The notes under the pieces were generated by a model. It was not told where the DNA came from. It saw only the letters and a program-made list of their open reading frames with translations, and did not search any database. From an uncultured bacterium (GTDB lineage Bacteria > Oederibacteriota > Oederibacteriia > Oederibacteriales > Oederibacteriaceae): DNA of 64,000 nucleotides. The translations under genes were made by a program, and so were the position numbers. Shown here piece by piece: positions 60,401 through 64,000 of the stretch (positions within the stretch are counted from its first letter, which is position 1; each line of letters opens with the position of its first letter). The stretch lies in contig OZ218778.1 in assembly GCA_965112635.1 (NCBI GenBank), forward strand, positions 1,344,001-1,408,000. Direction: 5' to 3'.

Positions 60401-61183
60401 ATGACTTCTTTGATCCATCCAACGGCGATCATCCATGAAAAAGCAAAGATAAGCGAGGGGACCCAGGTGGGACCCTTTGCCGTGATCGGTGAACATGTCA
60501 CGGTAGGGTCCCAATGCGTGGTGGGGCCCCATGTCGTCCTGGATGGTTGGACCACTGTAGGCGACAACACAGAGCTCGGCGTGGGAGCCGCGATCGGTGG
60601 CAAGCCCCAGGATTACCACTACCTGGGCGAGGAGACCCGCGTCGAGATCGGCAGCCATTGCGTCATTCGAGAGTACGCCACGGTGCACCGCGGGACCGTC
60701 AAGGGTGGCGGGGTGACCCGCATCAGCGACAAATGTTATATCATGGCCTATGGCCATGTGGCCCATGACTGCCAGCTCGCCGAAGGGGTGCTTATCGCCA
60801 ACGGTGTGGCCATGGCCGGGCATGTGACCCTCGAAAAGTACGCCAATATCTCGGGTCTGGTGGTGATCCACCAGTTCGCCCGGATCGGGGAATACTCCAT
60901 GGTCGGCGGAGGCGGTAGGGTCAGTAAGGATATTGTGCCCTACGCTATGGCGGTGGGCAGCGATAATATGCACATCGTCAATGTCAATCTGGTGGGGCTG
61001 CAAAGGCACGGGTTTACCAAAGATAAGATCAACGCTTTAAAACAGGCGTTTAAACTGCTCTTCCATTCAGAATTGAACGTGACCCAGGCCCTGGAAAAGA
61101 TCAAAAAAGAATTAACCATGACCCCGGAGATAGCGCATTTGTGCGAGTTTATTGATAATTCCACGAGGGGCATCATCGTTTAG
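60401..61183 (+). CDS. lpxA: Acyl-ACP--UDP-N-acetylglucosamine O-acyltransferase
   Basis: IHPTAII, PQD, IREYATVHRGT, HVAHDC and IHQFARIG motifs. Confidence 0.97.
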   Translation: MTSLIHPTAIIHEKAKISEGTQVGPFAVIGEHVTVGSQCVVGPHVVLDGWTTVGDNTELGVGAAIGGKPQDYHYLGEETRVEIGSHCVIREYATVHRGTVKGGGVTRISDKCYIMAYGHVAHDCQLAEGVLIANGVAMAGHVTLEKYANISGLVVIHQFARIGEYSMVGGGGRVSKDIVPYAMAVGSDNMHIVNVNLVGLQRHGFTKDKINALKQAFKLLFHSELNVTQALEKIKKELTMTPEIAHLCEFIDNSTRGIIV

Positions 61184-61261
61184 GGTGGTCGATGGAAGGT
61201 AGAACAGAAAGTTCTACATAAATTCCCTGGCAAGGATAAGCATTATTAAATAAGGTCTGGT

Positions 61262-61298
61262 GGCGGCGTAGCCAAGCGGTAAGGCAGAGGTCTGCAAA
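61262..61298 (+). pseudogene. 5' half of tRNA-Cys(GCA), truncated at the end of the anticodon loop
   Basis: GGCGGCG-TA-GCC-AAGCGGTAA-GGC-A-GAGGT-CTGCAAA gives acceptor strand, D arm, anticodon stem 5' strand and loop. The next bases are TTCTT rather than ACCTC; no T arm or 3' acceptor strand follows. Confidence 0.85.
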
Positions 61299-61378
61299 TT
61301 CTTAAAGCCATTTTTTGATAGTCTCAGGAGATTAAGCCTTTTTGTTTTCCTGTCTAATCTTTATGCGATTTTTCTCGT

Positions 61379-61418
61379 ACACCAAGAGACACCAAAAAAC
61401 ACCTACCGGTGCCAGGAG
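61379..61418 (+). repeat. Four phased 10-bp imperfect direct repeats
   Basis: ACACCAAGAG-ACACCAAAAA-ACACCTACCG-GTGCCAGGAG. Confidence 0.65.
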
Positions 61419-61661
61419 ATGGCAATTTTTGGACACTGAAATTTCATTTCCTTAACTAATAAGATTTATCCGTCAAATGTAGAAGACCTAGATAAGACCA
61501 TTCATTTTATCCCTGTAAAATAAGAAAAAAGGTACCTGTTTTTCAGGGTCTGCTAATTGAGAATTAACTTGCTATAAGGATAATACGGGAATAAACTTCC
61601 TTTATCTTTTAAAAGAGACAAAATGGCAGTTTCAAAACTAAAAGAGATCGGGTTTTAGCCG

Positions 61662-63362
61662 ATGCGGAAAATGGAAAAAGTCTTTTCTGGAAAATATCTT
61701 TCCCCAAAAAATCCCACCAACAAACAACTTTTCTTTTTTGGTTTTGTAATTTTTTTTCTTTTGCAATTTACCATCCTTAATATCTTCGCCGATATAGCCA
61801 CTCCCACACCTATCTATATCACTGCAACAGCAACAATAGCACCGACAAATAGCAATACGTTCACAGTTTCCTATACCTTTACAAATACGCCCACGCTGTC
61901 TGTCACGTTTGCGCCTCTGCCTATAAAAATTTCTATAAAAGGGGAAACTTCGGAAATCACGGGGACAACCAACGGTTCAATTGTTAATCCCTCGGTAGGA
62001 CCAGTTGGAACGCTTGTTGTGAATGGCACAGGTTCGGTTAATTTCGCTCCAGCCCAGGTAGGAGATGGAGTTTACTTTACTCAGGGTGGCCAGCAAAACA
62101 GTAATACCGCTTATTATAAATGGACCGGGGCCCAAATTGGAGATATCTTTAATTTTAATATGGACCCGGGGGAAATAAATTTTTATTTAAAATCCAATTA
62201 CAGTTTTGCCCAAAGGCAGGCGCTGCCTAGACATAATAGAAGAACCGTTTTTACGGTCAAAGATGATAGTCAGATTTTATTTACTTTCAATACTGAAGCG
62301 GATCCAGAAGTTGGGAGATTGGTTTTAACTTACCAAACTGGGGGGACAAGTCAGCAAACTTATTATATTCCTGCAGGGCAAGAAGACGCATTGTTTGGAC
62401 AGGGAGTAATTTTAAAAGTAACTTTGGATTGGAATGGGTCTAACAATAATTTATATTTAAATGATAATTTAGTCAGCTCCCAGTCCTATTCCATTGCGAC
62501 GAGTAACTGGACTGCGAACTCAATGTTTTGTTTTGGCGCTGATATTGACCCAAATTATGGCCCGGGTTGGTCCTCTTGTGATGATATAGTGGATGAGTTT
62601 AATTTAGCTATATTTAAAACACCAAAATATTTTATGGATCATGTAGCAGTCGAGTTTCAAAGTTCAGCAACCGAAGCGCAAATGGCTCAAGTTGCCGCCG
62701 CTCATCAATGTGAACTTGAACCAGTCCCGGACTCAGTTGTTCAATATAACATCAGAAGACTCAAGCTATTATCTCCCCAAGATATTCATACTCTGGTTGA
62801 TCAGCTAAAAACAGACCCCTTGGTTCTATATTCAAGTCTTGATTATATGGTTGAGTCTTATTTAACACCTGATGACCCATGCTTCAATTCACAGTGGGGC
62901 TTAAATAAAATTAAAGCACCAAATTCTGGCTGCGGCTGGGAAATTTTAGGGACCGGAGATTCAAATGTAACTATAGCAATTGTAGATACTGGTGTTGATC
63001 CCAACCACCTTGATCTAACGCCTAATCTAATCATGCTTCCTGGAGCAAATTTTGTACCATCCGCTCTTAAAACACCTCCGTATACCACTAGTTTTGCAGT
63101 TGATGATAATGGTCATGGTACGCATGTTGCCGGAATTGCTGCAGGGGTGGGAAATAATCATAATGGAATTGCTGGGACTGCATGGAATTGCAAGATATTA
63201 CCAGTAAAAGTGCTTCCAGCAAGTGGTGGATACCCTATTGGTTATCAATCTGTAAGCCATACATTAGTTTGTCAAGCAATAAAATTTGCGGCTGATCAAG
63301 GGGCAAAAGTTATCAATTGCAGCTTGGGATGTGTAGTGCCCACGATATTTCTTCCGGCTTAG
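61662..63362 (+). pseudogene. S8 subtilisin-family peptidase, C-terminally truncated by an IS
   Basis: Signal peptide, Thr-rich linker, beta-rich domain, prodomain, then IAIVDTG (Asp) and HGTHVAG (His). The ORF ends just after VINCSLG and lacks the GTSMA (Ser) motif. Confidence 0.82.
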
Positions 63363-64000
63363 CCAGCTAGGGAAGTCGACCGCAGAGGGGTTTGTAACCC
63401 ATATGCTACGACTTGCCGGACAGCAGTAACGCCATCCTTGAAAACAACTAGAGCCTTTCTGACGCCGTTTGACGCCTCCAATGTATCCCTTTGCATCTCA
63501 GAATGCAAGACGCTCATCTTTGGTCTGATGACTTGTGCCAGGCCGTACGCCTCAAGTAGGTCGTAGACGGCGATGCGCCAGGCATAATGCAACTGCCTTT
63601 TAGTCATACCGGGACGCTCAACATCACGCATGGCAGCCTTAGCGCGTGCGTAGAACTCATCCCTTGTGACGCGTTCTTGCCAGTGAGGCATCGTGCGGTG
63701 GAGACATGAGGCGGTTTGATATCCCTTAGATGCGCGCAAGCGACCATCGTCCAGCGTGTGGATGGCCTGGAACAGCCTGGTTTGCGCTTCCAAGAGATTC
63801 GTGAATATCACCCCCTTTCCGAGTTGGGATTCGGCTTTGAGTTCGCCGAAATATCTTTCAACAGCGCCGTTGTCCTGGGCGCAGTAAGGCCGGGACGGCA
63901 GGGCAATGACCTTATGCCTGGCCAAGTAGGACAGGACAGCATCACTGCGATACGCTGAGCCGTTGTCAGTCATCCAAACCAGAGGCAGGCCGTTCGTCTG
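63332..64000 (-). mobile_element. Insertion sequence with DDE (rve-type) transposase, IS481/IS3-like; continues beyond window
   Basis: Junction at TGTAGTG (63332, or 63330) coincides with loss of subtilase similarity and a rise in GC. Confidence 0.7.
63359..64000 (-). CDS. Transposase, integrase core domain (5' end outside window)
   Basis: LVWMTDNGSAY and RPYCAQDNGAVERYFGELK carry the second Asp and the Glu of a DDE triad; frame is open to the window edge. Confidence 0.85.
   Translation of the reverse strand, partial: QTNGLPLVWMTDNGSAYRSDAVLSYLARHKVIALPSRPYCAQDNGAVERYFGELKAESQLGKGVIFTNLLEAQTRLFQAIHTLDDGRLRASKGYQTASCLHRTMPHWQERVTRDEFYARAKAAMRDVERPGMTKRQLHYAWRIAVYDLLEAYGLAQVIRPKMSVLHSEMQRDTLEASNGVRKALVVFKDGVTAVRQVVAYGLQTPLRSTSLAG

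Larger units (their letters stand above)
61299..64000. mobile_element. Left portion of a putative integrated element (genomic island) at tRNA-Cys
   Basis: Split tRNA, phased repeats, abrupt shift to AT-rich sequence, accessory cargo and an IS; no integrase within the window. Confidence 0.6.

Noticed and set aside
61299-61661. Group I intron or canonical intron inside tRNA-Cys
   Set aside because: No 3' exon is present in the window, no group I core motifs were recognised, and the break does not follow a U.

Overview
This 64 kb window looks like the core chromosome of a diderm, LPS-producing bacterium of moderate GC content, possibly a poorly characterised candidate lineage (inference only). 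In order it holds: the 3' part of a dcw cluster (murF-mraY-murD-ftsW-murG-murC-murB-ddl-ftsQ-ftsA-ftsZ); an amidase; two paralogous signal-TPR-TM-HEAT proteins flanking an M20 amidohydrolase and the tmRNA gene (tag ANQELALAA); a secreted SGNH hydrolase with a T9SS/FlgD-Ig-like tail; a class V aminotransferase, glgA and prfB (+1 frameshift); zwf; two GT-C-type membrane proteins around a TolC-RND pair that has no adaptor gene; lysS, lolCE/lolD, ilvE, bioY and clpC; and a tamB-bamA-skp-lpxD-lpxC-fabZ-lpxA block. At the right end a tRNA-Cys gene stops exactly at the end of its anticodon loop (61298). Phased 10-bp repeats and AT-rich DNA follow, including a subtilase truncated by a DDE insertion sequence, which suggests the left junction of an integrated element. 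The best leads are this split tRNA, two highly structured intergenic elements (12551-12748 and 26661-26777) and the TPR-TM-HEAT paralog pair. No CRISPR array, rRNA or intact tRNA was seen. All calls are by eye; no database searches were run.
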